DNA of 58,775 nucleotides, counting the filler, from Stramenopiles sp. TOSAG23-2 (Eukaryota): assembly GCA_900128395.1 (NCBI GenBank). It is 4 parts of 4 records of this genome, joined end to end, with 100 filler letters (N's around TTAATTAATTAA, not from the genome) between each part and the next. Parts side by side here need not be neighbours in the genome. Positions count along the whole stretch, not along the records: positions 1 to 14,666 come from LT649750.1; positions 14,767 to 29,416 come from LT649751.1; 2 more parts are not named here. One strand, given 5' to 3'. Shown piece after piece: positions 11,743-22,600 of the stretch (positions are counted from its first letter, which is position 1; every line of letters starts with the position of its first letter). The position numbers and the translations under genes were made by a program. A model generated the notes under the pieces. It worked only from the letters and a program-made list of their open reading frames with translations. It ran no database searches and was not told the DNA's origin.

Positions 11743-13029
11743 TATTATTTAAACTTGTAAACAATCAGTTAAATATTCTTTCAACAAGCTTCGAAATAAC
11801 TTGTATATTTTCAAACCTATTAAAAACAATATATCTTCGTGGTATATCTTGTTTTAATATATCGTTCCCTTTTGTAAGTTTCAGGCAAGCTATCCTGTTC
11901 ACTGGGAATACATAAATATATTTGTAGATATGTTAATGTCACTATTTGTTGCTTATTTGATTGCAGTCTTATTATTAATATCTGGCCTTTTCCAGCCTTT
12001 TCCCCCTTCTTTTTTTTTTTTCAGCCTTCTGGCCTCCAGCCTGCCCAGGTTCCTCATTTCCCTATGATAAAATGCAAAAGACTGTATTATCGATATTATA
12101 CGTACTATATTATAACCTGAACTGCAAACAGCTAGAAATTGCACACACCACACGCCATCATACTGTATCATACAGCGCACAGCAGCGTTTTAGTATTACA
12201 TCAGAGCACGAGGCACAAAGCAACACAAGGCACAAGAAGTCAAAGAGACAAATTAATAGTATTTTGATGCTTGATGCATTGATGCATATTTCATATTATG
12301 ATAGACTATGATGATTGATGATGACATCATCGTATTCTTGTTTCTGTTCATGGCAATGGGTGCAATGCTATTTCGATCTATATTATTATACACGGCACGG
12401 TCATATCTCGCTGTGTCAGCTGATACAATTTGTTTTTGTCCCCTTGTAGAACACTATTAAATATTAGTTGCATTATTATGGCTCTATGATCTATGATGGA
12501 CTATGGACATAAGGACTTCAACAGTTACTATATTGATTTTACAGACTTTTTTAGTATAAAAAAGGTTTTATAAAAAGGCTCCATTGATAGAACCTGTGAC
12601 TTCTTACAGTACTGGAACTATACGAACAAATAATATCAAAACACACACAACACACACACATAATATATCCGATAATCGCCAATTATAGGTTTAAAAAATA
12701 AATAATTCATCTATATTTTTTTAAAAAACAAAGTTCAATTAATAGAATTAAAGCAATTTACAACAAAAAAATTTCAAAACATATTAAATTTTCTATAATC
12801 AACTAATAATTACCATCATTGCATATATAGATAAACATAGTAATAGCAATATTAATATTATATAATAATAACAACAATAATAATAATAATAAATGATTAA
12901 CGAGTTAGTAATAATAAATAATCTTATTTTTTAAAATATAGATAGGGTAGGTTGTATAGAATAGAAGCCACTATCAACTGATATAAATAGACAAATAGTG
13001 ATAAAACAATAATATAAAGTAAATAAAAG

Positions 13030-14418
13030 ATGGGATGCGCTGCTAGTATACAACCACAAGATAATTATGTTTTTAGATTTGCAGATGAAAGTGATAAAAA
13101 ACAAAATAATAATAGTGGAATGAAAGGTGGTGATAGCGTCAATTTGGATAAAAAGAAAAGGATAAAAGAAAAATATAAAGCAGAATTATTAGAGAAAAGG
13201 CAAAATGGTGGTAATAAAGTTCAACGTAGTAAAACTGTATCAGCTGGTTCAAATAAACATGGTACAGGTGCTTCTGGTGGTGTTTCCGATATGCAACCAG
13301 GGCGACGTAATTCTAGTCCACATGATAATAGACTTAGACGAGAAAATGCTCGAAAAAAATTTAAACGTGCTGGAACTATTGTCAAAGCAGCTGTACGATT
13401 TAAACGTGGTAGAGATCCAAAAAATTGGATTGGGGAAGGGATTAGTATACGTGGTGGTAAATTTAAATTAGATGATTTTACAGTAGAGAGGAAACCATTA
13501 GGAAAAGGTTCTGCTGGTTTTGTTAAATTAGCAAAACATAATGGGGATAAATGTTATTATGCATTGAAATTAGTCAGTAAAGAAAAAGTTGTAAAACATA
13601 AAAATGGTCCAAAACATTTACAAAATGAGAAACGAATTTTAGAAATGCTCGATAACCCTTTCTTCATTAAATGTTTTGGAACATTTCAAGATCCACGGTT
13701 TGTTTACTTTGTTTTAAATTACATAGTTGGGGGTGAATTGCATCGTTTATTGTTTGTCCAAAAACGTTTTTCAAATGACATGGCAATGTTTTATTCCACT
13801 GAATTATTATGTGCAATTAAACATTTACATTCATTAAATATAATGTATCGCGATTTAAAACCAGAAAATATTTTAATAGATATGGATGGGCATGTAGTAT
13901 TATGCGATTTGGGTTTTTCTGCTGAAATGGATGATGACGGGCGTTGCCATACAAAAGTCGGCACACCGCATTATTTAGCACCAGAAATTTTAGACATGCA
14001 TTCCAATGCAGGCTATACGAAAGCAATTGATATATGGTCATGGGCACTAGTTACATATGAAATGTTACGTGGCAGACCCGCATTTGGAACAGCACATGAT
14101 ACAGCATACCAAGTCTATTTACGTGTAATGAAAGCAAAATATAAAATGCCAAATGATATAACATCGACTGCAAAGTCATTAATACGAAAATTATTAACAG
14201 CAAAAATTGGCAATCGTTTAACAGAAATCGATGAGATAAAAGAACATCGATGGTTTGAAAATGTTGATTGGAAAGGTGTCGAGCAAAGACGTTTACAACC
14301 ACCCCATTTTCCAGACATTAAAGGGTCCGGCGATAGGCAAGCATATGAAATACGTTTAAAAGTTCCAAATTATCGAAAAGTCACTTTACAAGAAGATGTA
14401 CATTTTGTCGGCTTTTAA
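13030..14418 (+). CDS. AGC-family Ser/Thr kinase, PKA catalytic-subunit-like
   Basis: GKGSAG loop, YALK, YRDLKPEN, DLG, GTPHYLAPE and a C-terminal FxxF (FVGF) motif. The N-terminal MGCAAS fits dual acylation. Confidence 0.93.
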   Translation: MGCAASIQPQDNYVFRFADESDKKQNNNSGMKGGDSVNLDKKKRIKEKYKAELLEKRQNGGNKVQRSKTVSAGSNKHGTGASGGVSDMQPGRRNSSPHDNRLRRENARKKFKRAGTIVKAAVRFKRGRDPKNWIGEGISIRGGKFKLDDFTVERKPLGKGSAGFVKLAKHNGDKCYYALKLVSKEKVVKHKNGPKHLQNEKRILEMLDNPFFIKCFGTFQDPRFVYFVLNYIVGGELHRLLFVQKRFSNDMAMFYSTELLCAIKHLHSLNIMYRDLKPENILIDMDGHVVLCDLGFSAEMDDDGRCHTKVGTPHYLAPEILDMHSNAGYTKAIDIWSWALVTYEMLRGRPAFGTAHDTAYQVYLRVMKAKYKMPNDITSTAKSLIRKLLTAKIGNRLTEIDEIKEHRWFENVDWKGVEQRRLQPPHFPDIKGSGDRQAYEIRLKVPNYRKVTLQEDVHFVGF

Positions 14419-14666
14419 AAACACGCTCATTTTGAAAAATTTAATCTTTCAGCGTGTACATATGAAGTAGAGGAAAAGGTTAGCTTTACATATGGACAGA
14501 AGGCAACAAAAGGTTTGAAATATGAAAGAAGGATTGTAAGGAGAGGTGCAGAGAGTTGTTTGTTTCCAATTAAAAAAGTTTTAAAAATATTATTATAAAA
14601 TATTAATAATAAATAATAGAGTTATCTACATTAAAGATGGCGAAAATTTTTTTTTTTTTTTTTTTT

Positions 14667-14766
14667 NNNNNNNNNNNNNNNNNNNNNNNNNNNNNNNNNN
14701 NNNNNNNNNNTTAATTAATTAANNNNNNNNNNNNNNNNNNNNNNNNNNNNNNNNNNNNNNNNNNNN
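14667..14766. other. Artificial contig linker (44 N + TTAATTAATTAA + 44 N)
   Basis: 100-nt spacer with stop codons in all six frames; identical structure at 29417 and 44099. Confidence 0.97.
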
Positions 14767-15816
14767 GATATAATACAACAACCACCCCCTCCACCTGGAG
14801 CAACAACAGCATCTTCTACTTTTTCTTCGCTGATCCTACCATCATTTTATGATTCAACTTTTATTGACAATAGTGAATATTTTCAAATAAAAAAAATCGA
14901 AGGTAAAGGTAGAGGTATAATAGCATCGAAAAACATTGAAGCGAATACAATTTTGTTTGTTGAAAAACCAATAGTGTCATTTAGAAATCTCAGTTTTCAT
15001 TCTGAGTTGTTGGACGAATATTGTCCAAACTGTTTTCATAAAATTTCTTTATCATCAAGAGCTTCAAGCCACGAATATTGTTGCAAACGTTGTAAAGATG
15101 AAGCTTTTGATCAATATCGAAAGTTGACAGATAAATTAAATTTAGACCCTATATTAGAATACAGTGCAAGATCTGAAAGAAAATTTGTGTTAATCATCAT
15201 ACGCATGATTGCAATGTCTTTGCTATCTGGTAAAAATTTTCAAAAGTACTGGTATAAAGTTAATAACTTATGTTTCGCTGGAACACCAACAAATAATGAG
15301 ATTCCAAGTGATTGGGAAAAAGAATATGAAATGGTAAAAAAAGCATATATGAGCATTTTAGGGGATGACTCTGGCAACAAAATTTTTAAAGTATTAAATA
15401 CAGAGTGGTATGCACGTTTAATTGGGACAATGCACTTAAATATGATGTCTATTGATCCTGACATTGCTATTGGTTGTTCATCTAGTATTTTATTTTATAA
15501 TGGGTCCCTATTTAATCATTCCTGCCACCCCAATGTTGAAATTGGATTAAAATCTCTTACTAATGATCATGATAGAGATGTGTTAAAAAATGTAAGAAAG
15601 GAGATAGAGTCTAATGATTTCGAGAACGATAACGAGGAAGTTGAAGGAGAAGAATTGCTTGATTCGAATAGTCTTGGATATTTCAAAACCAATCGCGATG
15701 TTAAAATAGGGGAAGAATTGGTTATAACTTATATCGACAATAATAAAGATTGTGTTGGAAAAAAAAGTGATTTAGCATTTGCGTATAATATATTATGCAA
15801 TGAATGTGGCAAATAA
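14767..15816 (+). CDS. SET/MYND (SMYD-like) lysine methyltransferase, 5' partial
   Basis: The frame is open back to the gap: KIEGKGRGIIASKNIEANTILFVEKP, CPNC...YCCKRC (MYND), FNHSCHPN, GEELVITY and post-SET CNEC. Confidence 0.9.
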   Translation, partial: DIIQQPPPPPGATTASSTFSSLILPSFYDSTFIDNSEYFQIKKIEGKGRGIIASKNIEANTILFVEKPIVSFRNLSFHSELLDEYCPNCFHKISLSSRASSHEYCCKRCKDEAFDQYRKLTDKLNLDPILEYSARSERKFVLIIIRMIAMSLLSGKNFQKYWYKVNNLCFAGTPTNNEIPSDWEKEYEMVKKAYMSILGDDSGNKIFKVLNTEWYARLIGTMHLNMMSIDPDIAIGCSSSILFYNGSLFNHSCHPNVEIGLKSLTNDHDRDVLKNVRKEIESNDFENDNEEVEGEELLDSNSLGYFKTNRDVKIGEELVITYIDNNKDCVGKKSDLAFAYNILCNECGK

Positions 15817-15874
15817 CTTTAGTACTAAATTGAGATGGATGGGGGATTATAAAATTCATTCTTGATTAAATTAT

Positions 15875-15901
15875 TGTGTGTGTGTGTGTGTGTGTGTGTG
15901 T
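15875..15901. repeat. (GT)n microsatellite
   Basis: tgtgtgtg tract. Confidence 0.9.
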
Positions 15902-16378
15902 TAACATTTTGACTTCCAACTATTTTTTTTGGTATAGTACGTGTATTGTTGGTGTGATGGTATTTCTGTATTACGCAGCACTCAGCAAACTAAATTTTGT
16001 TGTATCCATACTTGTTAGATTACGTTTTCAAATTGGAGACTATATTGTATTAATGGAATTAAGGAAACAGAAATCGTAAAAATTTAATAAGAGTGTACAC
16101 AGTATTATACTGGATTAGATTATAAGATTTAGATAACAGCAGTGAGAAGTGATTACAGGTATATAGTTGTTTCAAATAATATAATAAAAAAAAAAACTAA
16201 GCACCTAATCCCTATGGTTATTAACTCAATAATACCTATTATAGTTATTACTAGTATATTAATAATATATATAAAGGGTACGTTTGATATTATAAGTGTT
16301 TGTGTATTTGTTTTTATTAATCAGGTAATATTGTTATATTGTAATTATTTTGTCTAGTAATAAGTTAAGTTAAAGACC

Positions 16379-19339
16379 ATGGATGAATCGATTGGTAAAA
16401 ATTGTTTCGTTATATTTTTTCTACGTAATGCGAACATGCAGTTACTGTATAAGGTTTTCGCCATCAGCTATGTCACCTTCTGTTTTTTAATACAGACAAT
16501 ACATGGTAGAGATCCAAAGCCGTACACTGCATGTACTAAATATATTTTCGCAGATCCATCATCAGATGATCCTGCTAAACGTGTAGCCGGAGTTTGCTCT
16601 GATTATATGAAGTCTAGAAACGATACGCATTTTCAAGCACCGTTATTACATGTAAAACAAATACACGATAAAGCGTATGATGAATATTATACAGAAGTAG
16701 AGCCAAATATACAAGCCAAAATGGAAGACGCAGTGCTAGCTGGAATAGCTACTATTAAAGAATTCCCATTCTATGAAATCCAATGCCAAAACTCCATATT
16801 AGGTGCCTTTTGCGCATCATATCTCCCTATTTGTGACTCAGCACTTAATCCAAATATAGGAACAAGAGGCTGTCCAAATGATGGAGACCTTTTTTCCGAT
16901 CATTTTCCACAATGTGCACAAGGCACCCCACAAAGTTTTTTAACTGATAAACCATCGCCAAAGTATGATGGAGTCAATTTTGACAATTACTTTCCTTTAC
17001 ACCCAGGAGTAAATGCTTCATCAAAATGCTTGCCTAAAACATTAGGATCATGTGGCTTAATTAGGAAATATTGCCCATTACTAAAGATAAATCCAAAGAA
17101 AAAACAATTACCGCCTTTAAATATGACAACACAAACAATTGATTTAATAAAGTTATACCAGTGGAGAACGACGCGAACAGTACCATTACCGGAAAATGCG
17201 CGGTCAGTCAAAATACCAGCTGGAAGTATTCCGGTGATGATATTACCAGATTGTTATTATGGGTATTATGACGAATGTTTTGATCCATATAAAAGCAATC
17301 AAAGTGTTATAAATGCTTTAAAAAAAATAAAGTACCCAGTTGACATGCTAACCCCACCAAAATCATCAATTTGTAATAAATATGTCGACATTATAGATGT
17401 AGTAAATGCACCTACATGGACACAAACGGTGCAAAATGGGTATAAACACATTGCATCCAGAATAGCGGAAGCAAGTTTTCCAGAATGGCTCCCGTACAAT
17501 TGTTCATCGGCTTTAAAACAACTGATATGTGCCTCACCATTCGGTGGGAAATCGAAAGGATATTTTATTCCCAATTTTGAAGCAGATGAAAATCAATGCT
17601 CTGATATATGTATGGCAGTAGAAAAATATTGTAAAAATATCTTTAATGTAAAACCAACAATTTTTCAAAATGTTACGAATAATTTTTCATTATATGTCAT
17701 AAATAATGACATTACACCACGCTTACATAAGGGAGGTGTTCCAGTAACATTCCAAAAGGAATTCGAAGTGTTTGAATTTGCAGAATACGATGGTTGCAAA
17801 AGTGTTTTAAATGGCTATATCCCTAATTTTATTGGGTATCCGGATGGAATCGACTTTTCAGAAATTACGAATACGTTTAACGATTTATTAACAATGTTAC
17901 GAAAGAAAAACAGGACACATGCGTTAGGATTCTCGAAGAACTCAATGTCATGCAATGATGCTTTTGCCCAAACTAATTGTACTACATGTCGAGTTAAATG
18001 TCCTATTGAAACTTTCAAACATGATGTTGAAGACATCTCTGCAACATATATGGTTTTGAGTAGTGCGTGTGCAATGCCTTGCCCATTTAATACAAAAAAA
18101 CGCAATGAATACGAAGAATCTATTATGACCAGATTTGCTGGAGGCACCGTTGGAGGGATTAGTGCTTTGTTTTTGATGTGGTTGTGGTTTGCAGAAGAGG
18201 ATAAGAAACAACAGCGCACGCTAAATATGCTGTTTTTCTCTGCAGTTATTATTTCTACTGCTATGGTTATCGGCCCGAATTTCCTACCGTTTAAATACTT
18301 TTGCGAATCAAATGTACGTGTTACCACACAACATCCTGATGGTGGTATTGATACTTGTATTTTTGAAGCCGGTGTAATCATTTTTGGAATTAATTTGTTT
18401 TCTCTCCTATGGTTTTGTTTGGTCATCGAAGTTTTGACAATAGAAATTTTACAAAAGCCTGGTGCATTAGAAGCAACACCTATAACTTTTATGGAAAAAG
18501 TCAAGCATAAAATTAGAAAATTATTTTATCGGTTTGTAGTTTTCCCTACCCCTGAACGAAGTGATGCTAGACGATGCCCTATATATTTTTGGGGAAGTGC
18601 AATTGTAAGCGCAGGAATCGTTAGTGCTGCATATGGTTATCAATTGTTAGGCTATGATGGTGTCAGTTCATGGTGTTCATGGGTTCATGTTACGCATACT
18701 GCCAAAAATTACGTATACAGCGCAACAGGATTACATTATGTACCACTTGCGATTCTTTATCAAGTGGGTTTAGGATTGCTTTTTTTCCGATTTATTCATC
18801 ATTTGAAAGATGGCGGTTTTAAACACGCTGTTCAGAAAGCAATTCTCAATCGTATGAGCATATTCTTAATTTGGTTTGGCATGATGTGGTGTTTTATGAT
18901 TTACAAAAAGATGACTTCAGATATTCAAGGAATTTTCGAAAGGCAGGAAAGTCGATCAAAATGGCATAAGTGTTTATTATTAAATGTGTCATATCCATTA
19001 TTATTGAGTAATCTCAATAATACAGACATTAAACCATCAATATGCCCGAAATTACCAGAACTTCGTTTATCTCCTGGTTTATCTCTAGGTATCGAAACTT
19101 TAGTTAGTACAGGCGGATATTTGCTTTTAATAGCTTGGGGTACAAGTTTGACTCACGTTAGTTGGATAGCACAAGAATTTGGATTTACGCGCGCTGGATT
19201 AACATGGGAAGAGGATGTGGAAATAGAACAACAAGTAATCACAGAGGAAATTGCTGCGAAAAGTAGGGAAAAAGAGGAAGAACAAATGCAATTAAACAAG
19301 AATAGTCCCAAAAAAAGTCGAAAATCACAGAAGAGATAG
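16379..19339 (+). CDS. Frizzled/Smoothened-like (class F) 7TM receptor with multiple cysteine-rich domains
   Basis: Signal peptide from Met at 16436. Fz-CRD-like motifs CQNSILGAFCASYLPIC and CSSALKQLICASPF...CSDICMAVEKYC, a linker CAMPCP, then about 7 hydrophobic helices including CIFEAGVIIFG..SLLWFCL and GVSSWCSW. Confidence 0.8.
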   Translation: MDESIGKNCFVIFFLRNANMQLLYKVFAISYVTFCFLIQTIHGRDPKPYTACTKYIFADPSSDDPAKRVAGVCSDYMKSRNDTHFQAPLLHVKQIHDKAYDEYYTEVEPNIQAKMEDAVLAGIATIKEFPFYEIQCQNSILGAFCASYLPICDSALNPNIGTRGCPNDGDLFSDHFPQCAQGTPQSFLTDKPSPKYDGVNFDNYFPLHPGVNASSKCLPKTLGSCGLIRKYCPLLKINPKKKQLPPLNMTTQTIDLIKLYQWRTTRTVPLPENARSVKIPAGSIPVMILPDCYYGYYDECFDPYKSNQSVINALKKIKYPVDMLTPPKSSICNKYVDIIDVVNAPTWTQTVQNGYKHIASRIAEASFPEWLPYNCSSALKQLICASPFGGKSKGYFIPNFEADENQCSDICMAVEKYCKNIFNVKPTIFQNVTNNFSLYVINNDITPRLHKGGVPVTFQKEFEVFEFAEYDGCKSVLNGYIPNFIGYPDGIDFSEITNTFNDLLTMLRKKNRTHALGFSKNSMSCNDAFAQTNCTTCRVKCPIETFKHDVEDISATYMVLSSACAMPCPFNTKKRNEYEESIMTRFAGGTVGGISALFLMWLWFAEEDKKQQRTLNMLFFSAVIISTAMVIGPNFLPFKYFCESNVRVTTQHPDGGIDTCIFEAGVIIFGINLFSLLWFCLVIEVLTIEILQKPGALEATPITFMEKVKHKIRKLFYRFVVFPTPERSDARRCPIYFWGSAIVSAGIVSAAYGYQLLGYDGVSSWCSWVHVTHTAKNYVYSATGLHYVPLAILYQVGLGLLFFRFIHHLKDGGFKHAVQKAILNRMSIFLIWFGMMWCFMIYKKMTSDIQGIFERQESRSKWHKCLLLNVSYPLLLSNLNNTDIKPSICPKLPELRLSPGLSLGIETLVSTGGYLLLIAWGTSLTHVSWIAQEFGFTRAGLTWEEDVEIEQQVITEEIAAKSREKEEEQMQLNKNSPKKSRKSQKR

Positions 19340-19788
19340 CTATTTTTATACTTTGTATTACAAGTATATGTATATATATATTATATTATACTTATATATA
19401 TATGATGTATATGATTATCATTAAGTTGTATAAATGAAATAAAGATATTATATAGTACATAGTTACGAGGAATTAGAATAGTACTATTTATATTATTATA
19501 CCTGGTACTATATAATACAATATATTAATACAAAACCGTGATGGTATATGGTTCTATGTTCATGCTATATACCGCTTGCAGTAGTAATATACTGTTAATA
19601 ATACGTGGTATGCTCAACAACGATTCTTCCCTTTTTATCACCTCTTCTTCAACAACAACAACAACAAAACAAAAACTACATAGAATATTTAGATATCCAT
19701 AAGTAGCTATAAAATGTAATACTCAGTGTTATATGCAATAATAATAATAAATACATAACAAGATTACTATTTAAATACGCAAACAAAA

Positions 19789-20253
19789 ATGCCAAGCTTT
19801 CACAAAGCATTTAGAATGCTGATGGTCGGCTTAGGGCTGTTTGAATTTTTTTCTGCATCACAGTGGTATATGAATGCTCATAAAGAGCAATCAGCAACTA
19901 CAATATTACCAGTTGATATTGTTGCAACAAATAGCCATTTCGTTACGCCATGGATTATGTTCCTAATCGCCCTTGGGTGTGTGCGCATTATTTACGGCGC
20001 ATCTCCAGAGTCATGGGTTACGTGGTTGATGACGCTAATTACGCATATATTTGAAGAGTTATTTTGGCTAATTTATGCAAAAGAGTCATCAGCAAATCAA
20101 AATGCTTCGTATTTATCACTAATAATAGATGCAGCAACTTTTAAAGATAAAATATTTCACAATGTTTTAGTTTTAATAGGACCACTTATATTAATCTTAT
20201 TTTTACTTATCGATATACCGTCGACATCTGAAAGAAAGGTTAAGGAACAATGA
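19789..20253 (+). CDS. Small 4-TM membrane protein, weakly Erg28-like
   Basis: 154-aa ATG ORF with four hydrophobic segments. W..FL..LG.VR..Y and TL.TH..E patterns resemble Erg28; the family call is tentative. Confidence 0.6.
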   Translation: MPSFHKAFRMLMVGLGLFEFFSASQWYMNAHKEQSATTILPVDIVATNSHFVTPWIMFLIALGCVRIIYGASPESWVTWLMTLITHIFEELFWLIYAKESSANQNASYLSLIIDAATFKDKIFHNVLVLIGPLILILFLLIDIPSTSERKVKEQ

Positions 20254-20543
20254 TTTTGAGGGTAAAATACCGTACCGTACGAGGATTTGTTGTGAGAATA
20301 GTATATTATATATTATATGATATACGTATCATTATATTATAATATATTATTAATATACAATTTATATATATATTAACACACAAGTGTGAGATTGATATTA
20401 TTGCCTCAGTTTCTTTTGAAGAGTACGAATTATCACGTGAGGCAACTGTGCTGAGTAGTAGTACTCCGTAAATTAAAAAAAATTAAAAAAATATTAGTGT
20501 ATATTCATTGAAATCATACTTTAATATTTTAATCACACGCACT

Positions 20544-21959
20544 TTAAAATCGATTTTTAATACTGAATGTTTTGCTTATCCAAACAAGATATGGATTTAT
20601 TTTTTTCTCTACCAATAATATAATCTTTGAAACCCTTGTGTTTAATTTAAAATACAATACGATGTATTTTTCAAAATATGAATGGACATATGTCGCAGCA
20701 ATACTAAAATGTGCAAGACCAAAACTTAATAAAATGGGCCATGGAACTGAATTTAGTGATATCATTAGCAAAAAACTACGACACAACGTACCAAACGGCA
20801 AATATGACCATGACCAAATTTGCCGATATAACAGTATTAATGTCAATTGTAGAAATGATATGGCATAATATACATTATAGCTATTTTCTTTTTCTAACCA
20901 TTTCAAAAATGAATTAGACCATTTATTTGGTATTATCATCCCCATAAATCTTAAAAAATACGAAATTATAACACCAACAACTCCAAAATATAGCCTAAAT
21001 CCGATTAAACTAAGAGTTGGAAAAAAGATGTATACAGTGAAAATTAGTGTTATGGTCTCATTCCACGAGTATAAGGCTAATATGCCATGATTGACAATAG
21101 CAAAAACTACACGTAAAGTTTTGAATGATTTCGGATCTGATGATGATAATAATAATAATCCGAACGGTGCAAAAGTTTGAAGGCAACAAAAACTCATTGT
21201 ATAATAAATTCCATATTGAAATTTCAGCATGATCACAAATGTTGCAACTATGGAATTTATATTCGCTTCAACCTTCCAACTAACAGGGTAATTACTACTA
21301 AATTTATGTATACACAAATCGTTACATTTTCTGACGTACCATTTACGAAACATTACGCATTCATTCAAATCTGAAATTGATATATATATTAAACAAGGAA
21401 TTAATACGACAGATACCGCTATATGTGTCATATAAAAAATTAAAAAAAGAAGCATATAAAATAGTGTATACGATGCAGTACGGCAAGTATCCCATAAAAC
21501 CAATCTATCTGCAAATGCACCAAAAATGAAAATGTTATTCACTGATGGATCTGGTGGTAATTCTACTTTTCCACGGTCATCTTCCACCATATAAATAGGT
21601 GCCATAGCTTGTATAAAAGCTGCTTGATAAATACGCAATTCTTCTTCATCTGGTGTTTTTACCATTTTAATAGAATTACCAACTTCCATTTCTATAGCTC
21701 GTTTGATATCATCTTTACTGATATTGATTAAATCATATTGTTCTTGTTTGGACAACGAGTCCCATGTCGAAACACAGCTTCTTTTGCCTCGCGTAAAATC
21801 ATAAAAATCACCTAATCCAGCTATTCTCGTTGTTCCATCTAGTTTTGGACCTGCTCCTCTTCCTCTATTTTTATCTCTTCTTTGTTCCTTCGTACTTTTT
21901 GAAGTTTTACTTTTATTGGCATTCTTTTCCTTCTTCCTTCTTCGATCTTTTTTCCCCAT
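20544..21959 (-). CDS. Hypothetical multi-pass membrane protein with basic N-terminus
   Basis: Long ORF, first ATG at 21959 (MGKKDRRRK), with many hydrophobic segments in the C-terminal two-thirds. Confidence 0.8.
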   Translation of the reverse strand: MGKKDRRRKKEKNANKSKTSKSTKEQRRDKNRGRGAGPKLDGTTRIAGLGDFYDFTRGKRSCVSTWDSLSKQEQYDLINISKDDIKRAIEMEVGNSIKMVKTPDEEELRIYQAAFIQAMAPIYMVEDDRGKVELPPDPSVNNIFIFGAFADRLVLWDTCRTASYTLFYMLLFLIFYMTHIAVSVVLIPCLIYISISDLNECVMFRKWYVRKCNDLCIHKFSSNYPVSWKVEANINSIVATFVIMLKFQYGIYYTMSFCCLQTFAPFGLLLLSSSDPKSFKTLRVVFAIVNHGILALYSWNETITLIFTVYIFFPTLSLIGFRLYFGVVGVIISYFLRFMGMIIPNKWSNSFLKWLEKENSYNVYYAISFLQLTLILLYRQIWSWSYLPFGTLCRSFLLMISLNSVPWPILLSFGLAHFSIAATYVHSYFEKYIVLYFKLNTRVSKIILLVEKKINPYLVWISKTFSIKNRF

Positions 21960-22600
21960 ATTTTTACTAGACAACTATATATTATTATTCTAACTGTAAT
22001 TTCATGTATATCAAATAAAAGAAGTTAGCTCTCTACATTACATATACAATATAAAACAAAATAATATAAATTATTATACATACTACCTTTTCCAGAAGAA
22101 AGAATACTTGTATTTCAATAATTTCAATAATAATTATAATATTTGAATAATCCATCCATGCAACCATCATGCACCCATCATCATCATCAATTATTTTTTG
22201 TGTCCTAAATAATGTATGTATGATGTAGCTAATACAAGCATTATCCCGATAACTAGAGACTAGAGCTATAAGCCTGTTTCAGCTTGGAAAGTTTCCATTG
22301 TGTTTTTTTAGTGCTGTTGCATGCTGGAGGCACTAAAATAAAAAATAATAATAATGAAGATTTTTTTTTTTTTTTGAATAAATTAAAATAATAACAAAAA
22401 AATAGTTATTTATTTATTAATATACATATACACATATACAAGGTATAATGATAACATTCCATATGATCTTTTTGATGCATTTACTGTTTAAATGTTACTG
22501 ATTATATTTATATAGAAATAAGCATATACATAACTAACTACATTTTTGAATAATAGAATTAATTGACAAATTGAATATATATAGAAATAGACTATTGACC

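Noticed and set aside
12570-12630. Possible tRNA-like sequence in the divergent spacer
   Set aside because: No T-loop GTTCRA motif or cloverleaf pairing could be built.
17815-18504. Long antisense ORFs (also 46690-47373, 53650-54108, 26347-26751 and others)
   Set aside because: Shadow frames of well-supported genes on the opposite strand, with no motifs of their own.
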